Assembly: GCF_003334405.1 (NCBI RefSeq)
Contig: NZ_QOWM01000011.1
Strand: one strand, 5' to 3'
From: Escherichia coli
GTDB lineage: Bacteria > Pseudomonadota > Gammaproteobacteria > Enterobacterales > Enterobacteriaceae
DNA length: 64,000 bases
Every line of letters starts with the position of its first letter. Position 1 is the first letter of the stretch. The notes beneath the pieces were generated by a model. It was not told where the DNA came from. It saw only the letters and a program-made list of their open reading frames with translations, and searched no databases. Positions 32,815 through 45,309 of this stretch are shown here, piece by piece. Made by a program: the position numbers and the translations under genes.

Positions 32815-34053
32815 ATGAAAGCATTGACTTATCACGGCCCACATCACGTTCAGGTAGAAAATGTTCCCGATCCGGGCGTTGAACAGGCAGATGATATTAT
32901 TCTGCGTATTACGGCAACGGCGATCTGTGGCTCTGACCTCCATCTTTATCGAGGCAAAATACCTCAGGTTAAACATGGCGATATTTTTGGTCATGAATTT
33001 ATGGGGGAAGTAGTTGAAACCGGAAAGGACGTAAAAAATTTGCAAAAAGGCGACCGAGTGGTAATTCCGTTCGTCATTGCTTGTGGCGACTGTTTTTTCT
33101 GTCGATTGCAACAATATGCCGCCTGCGAAAATACCAATGCGGGTAAAGGCGCTGCGCTCAATAAAAAACAGATACCAGCTCCAGCGGCATTGTTTGGTTA
33201 TAGTCACCTGTATGGCGGCGTTCCTGGTGGGCAGGCGGAATATGTCCGCGTCCCTAAAGGGAATGTGGGGCCGTTTAAAGTACCGCCTTTGCTTTCAGAT
33301 GATAAAGCGCTTTTCCTTTCTGATATTCTGCCAACGGCATGGCAGGCAGCAAAAAATGCGCAGATCCAACAAGGTTCAAGCGTTGCAGTCTATGGTGCTG
33401 GTCCTGTGGGATTGTTGACAATCGCCTGTGCACGGTTGCTCGGTGCGGAACAGATTTTTGTTGTTGATCATCATCCCTACCGCTTGCATTTCGCCGCCGA
33501 CCGCTACGGCGCGATCCCGATTAATTTTGATGAAGACAGCGATCCGGCACAGTCAATTATTGAACAAACGGCAGGTCACCGGGGCGTGGATGCAGTAATA
33601 GACGCCGTCGGTTTTGAAGCGAAAGGCAGCACCACGGAAACGGTGCTGACTAACCTGAAACTGGAGGGCAGCAGCGGTAAAGCGTTGCGTCAGTGTATTG
33701 CGGCGGTCAGGCGTGGCGGCATTGTTAGCGTACCGGGCGTCTACGCTGGATTTATTCACGGTTTCCTGTTTGGCGACGCCTTTGATAAAGGGTTGTCGTT
33801 TAAAATGGGACAGACCCACGTTCACGCATGGCTGGGAGAATTATTACCGTTAATTGAGAAAGGATTACTGAAACCAGAAGAAATTGTTACCCACTATATG
33901 CCGTTTGAAGAGGCCGCCCGGGGATATGAGATTTTCGAAAAACGTGAAGAGGAGTGCCGTAAGGTGATTCTGGTACCCGGTGCACAAAGCGCAGAGGCGG
34001 CGCAGAAGGCGGTTTCAGGTCTGGTGAATGCGATGCCGGGGGGAACAATATGA
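32815..34053 (+). CDS. ybdR: Zn-dependent alcohol dehydrogenase-family oxidoreductase (412 aa)
   Basis: MDR/ADH signature with structural-zinc cysteines (CGDCFFC) and GAGPVG NAD motif. Confidence 0.85.
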
Positions 34054-34283
34054 TCGTCAGGAGTGGTTTTCGAGGTAAAGGACAGCCATGACGATAATCG
34101 CCGCCATAATCAGAAATCCTATCAGGATGTAAAATGCTTCTGCCATGGTTATTCCCACAAACGAAACGGAATAATTTTGCAGCAAAAGTGAACAGTGAGA
34201 ACCAGGAAAAATTGCTGATTTTGCGTAAAGAGGATGCGAGTGCATCCTCTGGGCAAAGCGAGTTATCGCTTGTGCAGATGGGA

Positions 34284-34694
34284 TTAAAGCAGGTAGTCGC
34301 CAGCAGCTTCTGGCTGGTATTCGAGTTCCAGCACTTCAAGGTGGGTTGCAACGCCGCCCGGAAGTTCCCAGTGAATGGAATCGCCAACGCGCAGCCCCAG
34401 CAGTGCGGCACCTACCGGAGCCATAACGGAAAGCTGAGTATTGCTATCGGTCATTTTTGCCGGATACACCAGCGTGCGCACACGCACTTCGCCATCGCTA
34501 AGATTGCGGAATTTAACCCGGCTGTTCATTGTCACCACGTCGTGTGGCATCTCTTCTGGCGAACACATTTGGGCGCGATCCAACTCTGCGTTTAACGCGT
34601 CGGCGATTGGCAAACCAGCATAGGCGGGTTGCTCCAGCAGAATATCGATGCGTTCGGCATCCAGGTCGTTAATGATGATAGTTGGTCTGGACAT
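34284..34694 (-). CDS. rnk: Regulator of nucleoside diphosphate kinase, GreA/GreB-like (136 aa)
   Basis: [28 protein letters not shown]... matches Rnk. Confidence 0.88.
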
Positions 34695-34741
34695 TTTTAC
34701 TCCATGTCGTCGGTGCTGCGAGTGTCGCAGATAAACATACC

Positions 34742-34776
34742 CAAAAGAAAACCCTCACCGTCAGGCGGCGAGGGTT
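34742..34776 (-). terminator. Possible rho-independent terminator downstream of rna
   Basis: Hairpin AACCCTCACCG...CGGCGAGGGTT followed by a U-rich stretch on the minus-strand transcript. Confidence 0.4.
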
Positions 34777-34923
34777 TAACTCACATGATGATACTGACTG
34801 TTGCTCACTCTTTGAAGTGATTTGCGTCACATTCAGGGAATTCCTCAATGCAGCGCATTATGTATAAATCTTAATCGCCTTGGTTTATGGAAGACGAATT
34901 AGCGTGTTTTGTAAATCAGATGA

Positions 34924-35730
34924 TTAATAACCCGCTTTATCAATCACAAAGGTTTTGCCACAGTTACCTGGGTGAGGTTGTGGCAAGAATGAGTTTGCAG
35001 AAAGCGGAGCGTTGATGGCGTCAGCTTTGATCGAGATCTGAATTTCAGTCAAATACGCAGGGTTACCCTGGCACGTTAGCTTAACTGCTTTCACGTTCTC
35101 TTTTCCCCAGCTTTTGGCAAAGGCGGCGTCAAAGTCACGGCGGCTCACTGTTTTACCGTAATTATCCGCAAGGAATTTTCCGGCTTCGCTCTCTTTAATT
35201 TCTTGATTCAGGCGTACCATCGTACCGAAGTATGCGTCCGGATCAAAACCAAAGCAGGCACCGTGTTTGGCATATTCGTAGCGTTCCAGGCAGGAACGTC
35301 CGCCAGCTCCTGGCATGACTTCACTTAGTTTAGCGGCCGTTTCCAGTGATAATCCGGTTTCCGGCGATGAACACATTCGGCTGGCGCGCGCTTCTGGTAG
35401 ATTCGGGATTGGGCGAGTAGCGCAACCGAAGCGCATCCAGCGGCGTTCATCAACACCACGGGCAGCAACCGATTTAGGCAATCCTGGCCACAGACCATGT
35501 ACGGTCAGAAAATCAGCTTTGTTGGTCGTTTCGGTTTGCAGGCGACATTCATCTCGTTCGTTACGATTTCGATCGTGTTGACTCTGGCAAAATCCGGTTT
35601 GCCAGGAGAGGGCCAGGACATAGCGATCAAAATCGCCATACTGTTTTGCCTGCAACGCTAAGGCGTTGGCAGAAGAGAAGGGAAGCAGAGAAACCGCGAG
35701 CAACGCGGCGTTACGCCAGAATGCTTTCAT
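34924..35730 (-). CDS. rna: Periplasmic ribonuclease I, RNase T2 family (268 aa precursor)
   Basis: MKAFWRNAALLAVSLLPFSSANA signal peptide; the track ORF is extended 6 codons. Confidence 0.9.
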   Translation of the reverse strand: MKAFWRNAALLAVSLLPFSSANALALQAKQYGDFDRYVLALSWQTGFCQSQHDRNRNERDECRLQTETTNKADFLTVHGLWPGLPKSVAARGVDERRWMRFGCATRPIPNLPEARASRMCSSPETGLSLETAAKLSEVMPGAGGRSCLERYEYAKHGACFGFDPDAYFGTMVRLNQEIKESEAGKFLADNYGKTVSRRDFDAAFAKSWGKENVKAVKLTCQGNPAYLTEIQISIKADAINAPLSANSFLPQPHPGNCGKTFVIDKAGY

Positions 35731-35776
35731 AATGGGTGTGGAACTCATACATACACTGAATACTATCTATTAAATC

Positions 35777-35812
35777 ATAAAAAAGCCCGCCAGGTGGGCT
35801 TACCTGGCGGGC
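35777..35812 (-). terminator. Rho-independent terminator downstream of citT
   Basis: GCCCGCCAGGT...ACCTGGCGGGC perfect hairpin followed by a U-run on the minus-strand transcript. Confidence 0.6.
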
Positions 35813-35843
35813 GTGATGATTTATTCAGCGTTTGGCGAACGTA

Positions 35844-37307
35844 TTAGTTCCACATGGCGAGAATCGGCCAGCCAACCAACAGCAACATAGAGATGTAAAT
35901 CACCCCGAAGATTGCGCCAAGACGCCAGTAATCTTTTGATTTCACATAGCCACAGCCGTAAATAATCACCCCAGGACCGGTTGCATACGGCGTCAGACAG
36001 CCCATGATACCGATAGACAGCACCAGCAGGATACACAGTTGTTCCATTGGTACGCCCGGAATACCTTTACCGACGGCCAGAATAACCGGCAGCATGGTTG
36101 CGGTGTGCGCAGACAGGCTGGCAAACAGGTAGTGTGCAAAGTAGAACACCAGAACCAGTACAATCACCGTTGCGTTTGGTGAGAATCCTTCCAGGTGCGT
36201 ACTCATGGTACCGGCGAACCAGTCAATAAAACCAGAACGAGTCAGGCCGTTAGCCATCACAACCAGAGTTGCCAGGTTGACCAGTGTGTTCCATGCGCTG
36301 TTATAGCGGGTAATGTCTTTCCAAGGCACAACGTGCAGGGCCAGCATTAGCGAAACTGCCAGCAGACCAACCGCAGTAGCATTAATGACTTCACTGCCAA
36401 ATACCCACAAACCTAAGCTGAGCAATACAAGGCCAATCAGTGTCCACTCTCTGCGTGTCAGCGCACCCATGGTTTTCAGTTCATCACCCGCCCAGGTTGC
36501 CACTTCTTCACTGTGTGTGATTTCCGGTTTGTACAGCACGTAGGAAAGCCACGGCGCAATGATAAGCAAGATAACCCCAACCGGCAGGAAGCAGAGGAAC
36601 CACTGCAACCAGCTAATCTGGATACCGGCAATTTTGCTGACGAACTCCAGACCCAGCACGTTTGGTGCCGCACCGGTGACAAACATGGACGAACTCAGAC
36701 TGGTACTAATGACCATCATCCACATCAAATAGCCGCCAATACGACGCGCGGACGGATCGTTCGGGAATGATTTAAACAACGGCGGCAGGTTTTTAATGAC
36801 CGGAAAAACCGTACCCCCGGTACGCGCGGTGTTGGAAGGTGTAAACGGTGCCAGCAGAATGTCGATAATGACAATCGCATAACCCAACGTCAGCGTGCGT
36901 TTGCCCATGAATTTCACCAGGAAAAGGGCAATGCGACGACCTAACCCGGAAACTTCATACCCTAATGCAAAAATAAATGCGCCAAATACCAGCCATACCG
37001 TGGTGCTGGAAAAACCAGCCAGGCCCCATTTCAGCGCCTGTTTTTGCGCATTAAACGCTGGGTCAGCTAATTCTTTGGCATCAAAGAGCAGGTAATTACT
37101 GCCAATAACGCAAATAGTAACCGCAATAAAACTGATCGCTGTTGCCGGAATTGGCTCGAGGATCATGCCGACAATCATTGCCACAAACACAGCGAAGTAA
37201 TGCCATGCCTGCGGCGGCATACCGTCGGGGACAGGGATAAGAAACATGACACCCATCACCACCAGTGGGGCCAATAGTTTCCATATATTATCTTTTGCTA
37301 AAGACAT
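35844..37307 (-). CDS. citT: Citrate:succinate antiporter, DASS family (487 aa)
   Basis: Polytopic membrane protein MSLAKDNIWKLLAPLVVMGVMFLIP...; matches CitT. Confidence 0.9.
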   Translation of the reverse strand: MSLAKDNIWKLLAPLVVMGVMFLIPVPDGMPPQAWHYFAVFVAMIVGMILEPIPATAISFIAVTICVIGSNYLLFDAKELADPAFNAQKQALKWGLAGFSSTTVWLVFGAFIFALGYEVSGLGRRIALFLVKFMGKRTLTLGYAIVIIDILLAPFTPSNTARTGGTVFPVIKNLPPLFKSFPNDPSARRIGGYLMWMMVISTSLSSSMFVTGAAPNVLGLEFVSKIAGIQISWLQWFLCFLPVGVILLIIAPWLSYVLYKPEITHSEEVATWAGDELKTMGALTRREWTLIGLVLLSLGLWVFGSEVINATAVGLLAVSLMLALHVVPWKDITRYNSAWNTLVNLATLVVMANGLTRSGFIDWFAGTMSTHLEGFSPNATVIVLVLVFYFAHYLFASLSAHTATMLPVILAVGKGIPGVPMEQLCILLVLSIGIMGCLTPYATGPGVIIYGCGYVKSKDYWRLGAIFGVIYISMLLLVGWPILAMWN

Positions 37308-37357
37308 ACGGGTTCTCCGAAAATTAATATTTCCAAATTTATCAAGTGCTTAAATAA

Positions 37358-38762
<1,405 letters not shown>

Positions 38763-38765
38763 GGC

Positions 38766-40298
38766 TTATTCCTTCACCTGATGCACAACATCGATCACCG
38801 AGCCATCGCGGTAACGCACAACGGCAACGACGCGGTCTGTGAATTCAATCGGCTGTGGTTCACCGGTCAGCAGACGCGCACGTTCGCGCAGCCACTCAAT
38901 GGAAACCACTTTAATGCCCGCTTCCTGCAGACGTTCTGCCAGTTCCGGACGTGCCGGGTTAACTGCGATACCGTGGTCTGTGACCAGAATATCGACACTG
39001 GAGCCTGGGGTGATGCAGGTCAGTACGTTATCCACCAGAGTCGGAATACGACCGCGTACCAGCGGCGCGACGATGATGGAAAGCGCAGAGGCAATCGCGG
39101 TATCGCAGTGACCACCGGAAGCACCACGCAGTACGCCGTCAGAGCCGGTCAGCACGTTAACGTTGAACTGGGTGTCAATTTCCAGCGCGCTCAGTACCAC
39201 CACGTCGAGACGATCAACCGATGCGCCTTTCGAACCCCAGTTAGCGTACTGGTTGGCGCTGATTTCGATGTGATTGGGGTTACGGGCCAGCGATTGCGCA
39301 GCATGGCTGTCAAAGCTCTGCACATCCAGCAGTTTGCGGATCAGACCTTTTTCGTGCAGGTCAACCATCGTCGCGGTAATACCGCCAAGGGCGAAGTCGG
39401 CGCGAATATCGCGGCTACGCATTTTGTCTTCCAGGAAACGGGTTACCGCCAGCGATGCGCCGCCGGTGCCGGTTTGCATGGAGAAACCTTCTTTGAAGTA
39501 GCCAGAGTTGACAATCACATCCGCAGCGCTACGGGCAATAAGCAGTTCGCGCGGGTTAGTGGTCATACGGGTCGCGCCAGCGCCGATTTTTGCAGCATCG
39601 CCAACGCGGTCAACTTTGACGATCAAATCAACCTGATCTTGCTCAATGCTTGCCGGATTATGCGGATAAGGCAGCAGTTCTTCGGTAAGCATCACGACCT
39701 GTTTTGCGTTGTCGGCATCAACCATTGCATAGCCGAGGGAGCCGCAGCAGGCTTTACCGGTGTAGCCGTTGGCATTACCGAATTCATCACAGGACGGGAC
39801 GCCGAGGAAAGCCACGTCGATATTCAGTTCGCCGCTCTGTACCAGATGCACACGACCGCCGTGAGAGTGGATCTGCACCGGTTCTGCCAGCAGACCACGG
39901 GAGATCTCTTCCGCCAGTGGACCACGCAGGCCGGAGGTATAAATGCGGGTAACCACGCCCTGGCGAATGTGTTCTACCAGCGGCGCATGGCAATCACTCA
40001 GGGAGCTGGACGCCAGGGTCAGGTTTTTAAAGCCCATCTTCGCGATGACGTCCATCACCATATTGACGGTCAGGTCACCGCCACGGAAAGCGTGATGGAA
40101 GGAAACCGTCATGCCGTCCTGTAAACCAGAGCGACGAATCGCTTCTTCCAGGTTGGCGCACAGTTTGCGATCGCGCGCTTTTTCAGCCTGGTAGGTTTGC
40201 TTTGGCGAGTTCTGGAAAGCGGCAAGATCGCATTCAGCGCGACGATTCCAGGCCGCTACCCGTTCTTGTCGTTGAGATTGTTCAATTTTCTGCGTCAT
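38766..40298 (-). CDS. citF: Citrate lyase alpha subunit, citrate CoA-transferase (510 aa)
   Basis: MTQKIEQSQRQERVAAWNRRAECDLAAF...; the track ORF is extended 14 codons. Confidence 0.92.
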   Translation of the reverse strand: MTQKIEQSQRQERVAAWNRRAECDLAAFQNSPKQTYQAEKARDRKLCANLEEAIRRSGLQDGMTVSFHHAFRGGDLTVNMVMDVIAKMGFKNLTLASSSLSDCHAPLVEHIRQGVVTRIYTSGLRGPLAEEISRGLLAEPVQIHSHGGRVHLVQSGELNIDVAFLGVPSCDEFGNANGYTGKACCGSLGYAMVDADNAKQVVMLTEELLPYPHNPASIEQDQVDLIVKVDRVGDAAKIGAGATRMTTNPRELLIARSAADVIVNSGYFKEGFSMQTGTGGASLAVTRFLEDKMRSRDIRADFALGGITATMVDLHEKGLIRKLLDVQSFDSHAAQSLARNPNHIEISANQYANWGSKGASVDRLDVVVLSALEIDTQFNVNVLTGSDGVLRGASGGHCDTAIASALSIIVAPLVRGRIPTLVDNVLTCITPGSSVDILVTDHGIAVNPARPELAERLQEAGIKVVSIEWLRERARLLTGEPQPIEFTDRVVAVVRYRDGSVIDVVHQVKE

Positions 40299-40308
40299 TT
40301 TGATTGCC

Positions 40309-41217
40309 TTATTCTTCGCGGATGCCGGAAAGTTCTGCACGGGAGAGCACCAGACGGGCGCGATCGATAACCGGACCGTCCACCATCTTGCCGTTCAGGG
40401 AAACCACGCCGAGGCCTTCGCGAGCGGCGGCTTCAGCGGCTTCTACGACGCGGCGGGCGTGATCCACTTCTTTCTGGGTCGGTGCGTAGAGGTTGTGCAG
40501 CAGATCAATCTGACGCGGGTTGATCAGCGATTTGCCGTCAAAGCCCAGCTGTTTGATGTGGGCGGCTTCTTGCAGAAATCCGGCTTCGTTGTTAGCGTCG
40601 GAATAGACGGTATCGAACGCCTGAATACCCGCAGAGCGCGCGGCCTGCAAAATGGAACAGCGTGCGAACAGCAGTTCAGTTCCTTCCGGGGAGCGTTCTG
40701 TACGCAGGTTGCGCACATAGTCTTCTGCACCGAGGGCGATACCGATCAAACGCTCGGAAGCGTGAGCGATTTCCACTGCGCGGGTAATCCCCAGCGGAGA
40801 TTCAATCGCCGCCAGCAGGCCGGTGCTGCCGGGTTCACGACCACAGGCTTTTTCGATACGCAGGATCTCTTTTTCAATATCCAGAACATCCTGAGCGGTA
40901 TCGGTTTTCGGCAGACGCACAACGTCCGCACCACCGCGAACGACGGCTTCCAGGTCGTTAACACCCCATTCGGAATCCAGCGCGTTGACACGCACAATGG
41001 TTTCAATATCGCGATACAGCGGATGTTGCAGCGCGTGGTAAACCATGCGGCGGGCGGTGTCTTTTTCACGCAATGCTACGGAGTCTTCGAGGTCAAACAT
41101 CAGGGCATCAGCCGGGTAGATGAAGGAGTTGCTGACCATCGCGGCATTGGCACCAGGCACAAACAACATGCTGCGGCGGGTGCGAGTTTTACGTTGTTGC
41201 AGCGAAGCGGAAATCAT
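40309..41217 (-). CDS. citE: Citrate lyase beta subunit, citryl-CoA lyase (302 aa)
   Basis: [27 protein letters not shown]...; HpcH/HpaI aldolase-like; the track ORF is extended 5 codons. Confidence 0.92.
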
Positions 41218-41510
41218 TGGCAATCCTCCCATGGCAGAGCCGGGATACCGCTGGCGCGTGCCAGCAGGGCTTCCAGTCGTGCACGTAAAATGCAGTCCAG
41301 TGCGCCTTTGTCATCGACATTCAGCTGTACGCCGCGCACGTTGTAGCGGGCGAGAACGTCCAGAATGGTGGTGCGAATTGCATCGCCAAACTGTTTCTCA
41401 ACGCTGCTATTGATTTGCAGGTCGATATCCTGCGTATCGAGTGGGGCGATGCGTATCATCACATCCCCAGACTCAAGGGTGCCTGCAACGGCGGGCTGGT
41501 TTATTTTCAT
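41214..41510 (-). CDS. citD: Citrate lyase acyl carrier protein, gamma subunit (98 aa)
   Basis: [25 protein letters not shown]... matches CitD; 4-bp overlap with citE. Confidence 0.92.
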
Positions 41511-41524
41511 TTTTCACCTGTTTC

Positions 41525-42583
41525 TCATGCGGGGGTCTTTTGACGAGCTGCCGCGTCCTGGCGGGAGTGCTCAAGCAGGTTCTGCAAATAATGCAGCGTG
41601 ACTGCAGGGACCAGCGGCGCGATAGCCGTGAGATCGTTTTTCGCCAGCAGTTGACGTACCCGGGAAGCGGATATCGGCATCTCCTGGTAACGCAGCCGCT
41701 CAATTTCAACCAGTTCGATGGGCGGTGCGGAGATAGTCGGCGTTTCCAGCCAGTAGCGCATATCCTGGTTGTACTGGGCGGTAACGCGACAAAAGGGTTC
41801 AGTACCGACAAAGCGGTGAGTTACACCCAGCGCGGGAGCGAGGTACTGACGGAAAATCTTCAGATCAATTTCGGTGTAACAATGGTTAATGACGCTCTGT
41901 TCTTTAATGAAGTAGCAAGGGAACGTAGCGCGGGAGATGATGTATTCGGAGCCACGATGCACAGTCAGGCGTGGAATATCGGCGGTGCCTTTTAACACCA
42001 AATCCAGCCGGTCTTCATAGGGGAAGCGTGAAGAATCTTCTTTGACTAAAAACAGATGCAACCAGTCGCACTGTGCCGCAGCCTGTTGAATCAGATAACG
42101 GTGACCATTCGTAAAGGGATTGGCGTTCATCACAATGCAGCCAATCTTGTTCCCTGGATGACGAAATTTTTTCAGCGATTCGGCATAGCGTTTCAGTCGC
42201 GTGGCGCTGTTTTCCATCAGCACCATCACGCCGGGTACGCTGGTCAGCGTGGAAAAACCGCACTGGCGGAACAGCGCCTCGTATTCGGTTTTGGTATAAA
42301 TAAACAGATGCGTGCTGTGCCGCTCATAGGCGAGGTTTATCAATTCAGTGGCTAATGTCAGCGCCAGTCCTTCACCGCGGACGGATTCACTGATAGCAAC
42401 GCATTTAATAATATTTCCGGCAATTCCACCGCACGCGATAAGCTTTTCATCGCGGGTTACGGTAATAAATACTTCGACTGTGGTGTCAACGCTCAAATCA
42501 TTTTCATGCAGGAATTGGGCGATTTCCGCCATTTTTTTATTTTCTGAACGTTTTACGCGGGTGAAAATATCATTGCCGAACAT
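41525..42583 (-). CDS. citC: [Citrate (pro-3S)-lyase] ligase (352 aa)
   Basis: MFGNDIFTRVKRSENKKMAEIAQFLHEN...; the track ORF is extended 29 codons upstream, and the in-frame ATG at 42583 gives the 352-aa form I recall. Confidence 0.82.
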   Translation of the reverse strand: MFGNDIFTRVKRSENKKMAEIAQFLHENDLSVDTTVEVFITVTRDEKLIACGGIAGNIIKCVAISESVRGEGLALTLATELINLAYERHSTHLFIYTKTEYEALFRQCGFSTLTSVPGVMVLMENSATRLKRYAESLKKFRHPGNKIGCIVMNANPFTNGHRYLIQQAAAQCDWLHLFLVKEDSSRFPYEDRLDLVLKGTADIPRLTVHRGSEYIISRATFPCYFIKEQSVINHCYTEIDLKIFRQYLAPALGVTHRFVGTEPFCRVTAQYNQDMRYWLETPTISAPPIELVEIERLRYQEMPISASRVRQLLAKNDLTAIAPLVPAVTLHYLQNLLEHSRQDAAARQKTPA

Positions 42584-42961
42584 AATAAATAGTATCCTGA
42601 AGGTGCATGTTGTTATCGATTTGCAACGAATGTTGTTCAATGTTGCAAACTGATAACCTTTTATTTTCACTTGGGAGAAAGGGGGTGATCGAGGTATATC
42701 TTTTTCTCCTTTCGCTATACATCCTAAGGAGTATTTCGGCGTGAAATTTTGATTTATTTCACATAGAGTTAGTGGTTTTTTATTTATTTAATGATTTTAA
42801 GTTTTTTAATTAATGTAATTACGAAATGACTCGCAGGTTTAAGTGATTTAATTGATTTAATGAATAAAATTTGCCACGATCATAATTAATATCTATGTAT
42901 TTTGATTCAACATTTTAATTACATCCGTCAAAGAGGCTCGGGACAACCCGCAAGGAAAACA

Positions 42962-44620
42962 ATGTTGCAGCTTAACGAGAATAAACAGTTTGCATTTTTC
43001 CAAAGACTGGCATTTCCGCTGCGTATCTTTTTGCTGATTCTGGTGTTCTCAATATTTGTCATTGCAGCCCTGGCGCAATATTTTACGGCCAGTTTTGAGG
43101 ACTATTTAACGCTTCATGTACGCGACATGGCAATGAATCAGGCGAAAATTATTGCCTCCAATGACAGTGTCATCTCTGCGGTGAAAACGCGTGACTACAA
43201 ACGGCTGGCGACCATCGCTAACAAATTACAAAGAGATACCGATTTTGATTATGTGGTGATTGGGGACCGGCACTCGATCCGCCTTTACCATCCTAATCCG
43301 GAGAAAATTGGTTATCCTATGCAGTTCACCAAACAGGGCGCGCTGGAGAAAGGGGAGAGCTACTTCATTACCGGGAAAGGGTCAATGGGGATGGCGATGC
43401 GCGCCAAAACGCCAATCTTTGATGACGATGGAAAAGTCATCGGCGTGGTGTCGATTGGCTACCTGGTGAGTAAAATCGATAGCTGGCGGGCTGAGTTTTT
43501 ATTACCGATGGCAGGTGTGTTTGTCGTGCTGTTAGGGATTCTGATGTTGCTGTCGTGGTTCCTGGCCGCGCATATCCGTCGGCAGATGATGGGCATGGAG
43601 CCAAAGCAAATCGCACGCGTGGTCCGTCAGCAAGAGGCGCTGTTTAGTTCGGTTTATGAAGGGCTGATTGCGGTGGATCCGCATGGTTACATTACCGCCA
43701 TCAATCGTAACGCAAGAAAGATGCTGGGGCTGAGTTCCCCCGGACGGCAATGGTTGGGTAAACCCATTGTTGAAGTGGTCAGGCCCGCCGATTTCTTTAC
43801 CGAACAGATTGATGAAAAACGTCAGGATGTGGTGGCGAACTTTAACGGTCTGAGCGTTATTGCCAACCGGGAAGCTATTCGTTCAGGTGATGATTTGCTG
43901 GGGGCCATTATCAGCTTTCGTAGTAAAGACGAAATTTCCACCCTCAATGCGCAACTGACGCAAATAAAACAATACGTTGAGAGCCTTCGTACATTGCGAC
44001 ACGAGCATCTCAATTGGATGTCGACGCTCAATGGTCTGTTGCAGATGAAAGAGTATGATCGCGTGCTGGCGATGGTGCAGGGGGAGTCTCAGGCCCAGCA
44101 ACAGCTTATTGACAGCCTGCGCGAGGCGTTTGCCGATCGCCAGGTGGCGGGGCTGCTTTTTGGTAAAGTGCAGCGCGCCCGGGAACTGGGGCTAAAAATG
44201 ATCATTGTCCCCGGTAGCCAGCTTTCGCAACTGCCGCCAGGACTGGATAGCACCGAGTTTGCAGCCATTGTGGGCAATTTACTTGATAACGCCTTCGAAG
44301 CCAGCCTGCGTAGCGATGAAGGAAACAAGATCGTTGAATTATTCCTCAGCGATGAAGGCGATGATGTGGTGATTGAAGTCGCCGATCAGGGCTGCGGCGT
44401 TCCAGAGTCTCTACGAGACAAAATATTTGAGCAGGGGGTCAGTACGCGTGCTGACGAGCCCGGTGAACATGGCATTGGGTTGTACTTGATTGCCAGCTAC
44501 GTAACGCGCTGCGGTGGTGTTATCACTCTCGAAGATAATGATCCCTGCGGTACCTTATTTTCAATCTATATTCCGAAAGTGAAACCTAATGACAGCTCCA
44601 TTAACCCTATTGATCGTTGA
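42962..44620 (+). CDS. dpiB: Citrate-sensing two-component sensor histidine kinase (552 aa)
   Basis: MLQLNENKQFAFFQRLAFPLRIFLLILVFS... with TM segments, periplasmic domain, H-box and ATPase domain; divergent from citC; the track ORF is extended 20 codons. Confidence 0.85.
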   Translation: MLQLNENKQFAFFQRLAFPLRIFLLILVFSIFVIAALAQYFTASFEDYLTLHVRDMAMNQAKIIASNDSVISAVKTRDYKRLATIANKLQRDTDFDYVVIGDRHSIRLYHPNPEKIGYPMQFTKQGALEKGESYFITGKGSMGMAMRAKTPIFDDDGKVIGVVSIGYLVSKIDSWRAEFLLPMAGVFVVLLGILMLLSWFLAAHIRRQMMGMEPKQIARVVRQQEALFSSVYEGLIAVDPHGYITAINRNARKMLGLSSPGRQWLGKPIVEVVRPADFFTEQIDEKRQDVVANFNGLSVIANREAIRSGDDLLGAIISFRSKDEISTLNAQLTQIKQYVESLRTLRHEHLNWMSTLNGLLQMKEYDRVLAMVQGESQAQQQLIDSLREAFADRQVAGLLFGKVQRARELGLKMIIVPGSQLSQLPPGLDSTEFAAIVGNLLDNAFEASLRSDEGNKIVELFLSDEGDDVVIEVADQGCGVPESLRDKIFEQGVSTRADEPGEHGIGLYLIASYVTRCGGVITLEDNDPCGTLFSIYIPKVKPNDSSINPIDR

Positions 44621-45269
44621 GGACGAAACGCCGCTGGCAGAGATGCATGCGGAATATATTCGTCACATTCCCGGATTCAGTCAGATATTACTGGCGGGAA
44701 ATCTGGCGCAGGCCCGAATGATGATCGAGCGTTTTAAGCCGGGGCTAATCTTGCTCGATAACTATCTTCCTGACGGTAGAGGGATTAATTTACTGCATGA
44801 ACTGGTGCAGGCGCATTATCCCGGCGACGTGGTGTTTACCACTGCAGCCAGCGATATGGAAACGGTGTCTGAAGCCGTACGTTGTGGTGTATTTGATTAT
44901 CTCATTAAGCCCATTGCCTATGAACGGCTGGGGCAAACGCTAACCCGTTTCCGCCAGCGTAAACATATGCTGGAAAGTATTGATAGCGCCAGCCAGAAGC
45001 AAATTGATGAGATGTTTAATGCTTATGCTCGCGGTGAACCTAAGGACGAGCTACCGACCGGCATTGACCCCTTGACGCTAAACGCGGTGCGAAAACTGTT
45101 TAAAGAGCCTGGTGTGCAACATACGGCAGAAACGGTGGCGCAGGCACTGACCATCAGCCGCACCACTGCCAGGCGTTATCTTGAATATTGCGCCAGCCGC
45201 CATCTGATTATTGCTGAAATTGTTCACGGCAAAGTTGGCAGACCACAACGCATATACCACAGTGGGTGA
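44589..45269 (+). CDS. dpiA: Two-component response regulator of citrate fermentation genes (226 aa)
   Basis: Receiver domain (LLIVEDE...D...) plus C-terminal HTH; overlaps the dpiB 3' end by 32 bp. Confidence 0.9.
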   Translation: MTAPLTLLIVEDETPLAEMHAEYIRHIPGFSQILLAGNLAQARMMIERFKPGLILLDNYLPDGRGINLLHELVQAHYPGDVVFTTAASDMETVSEAVRCGVFDYLIKPIAYERLGQTLTRFRQRKHMLESIDSASQKQIDEMFNAYARGEPKDELPTGIDPLTLNAVRKLFKEPGVQHTAETVAQALTISRTTARRYLEYCASRHLIIAEIVHGKVGRPQRIYHSG

Positions 45270-45309
45270 CATGATAAAGCCGGAGGAAACTTGCCTCCGG
45301 CATTACTAT

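Noticed and set aside
40300-41346. 348-aa plus-strand ORF
   Set aside because: Antisense to citE and citD; shadow ORF.
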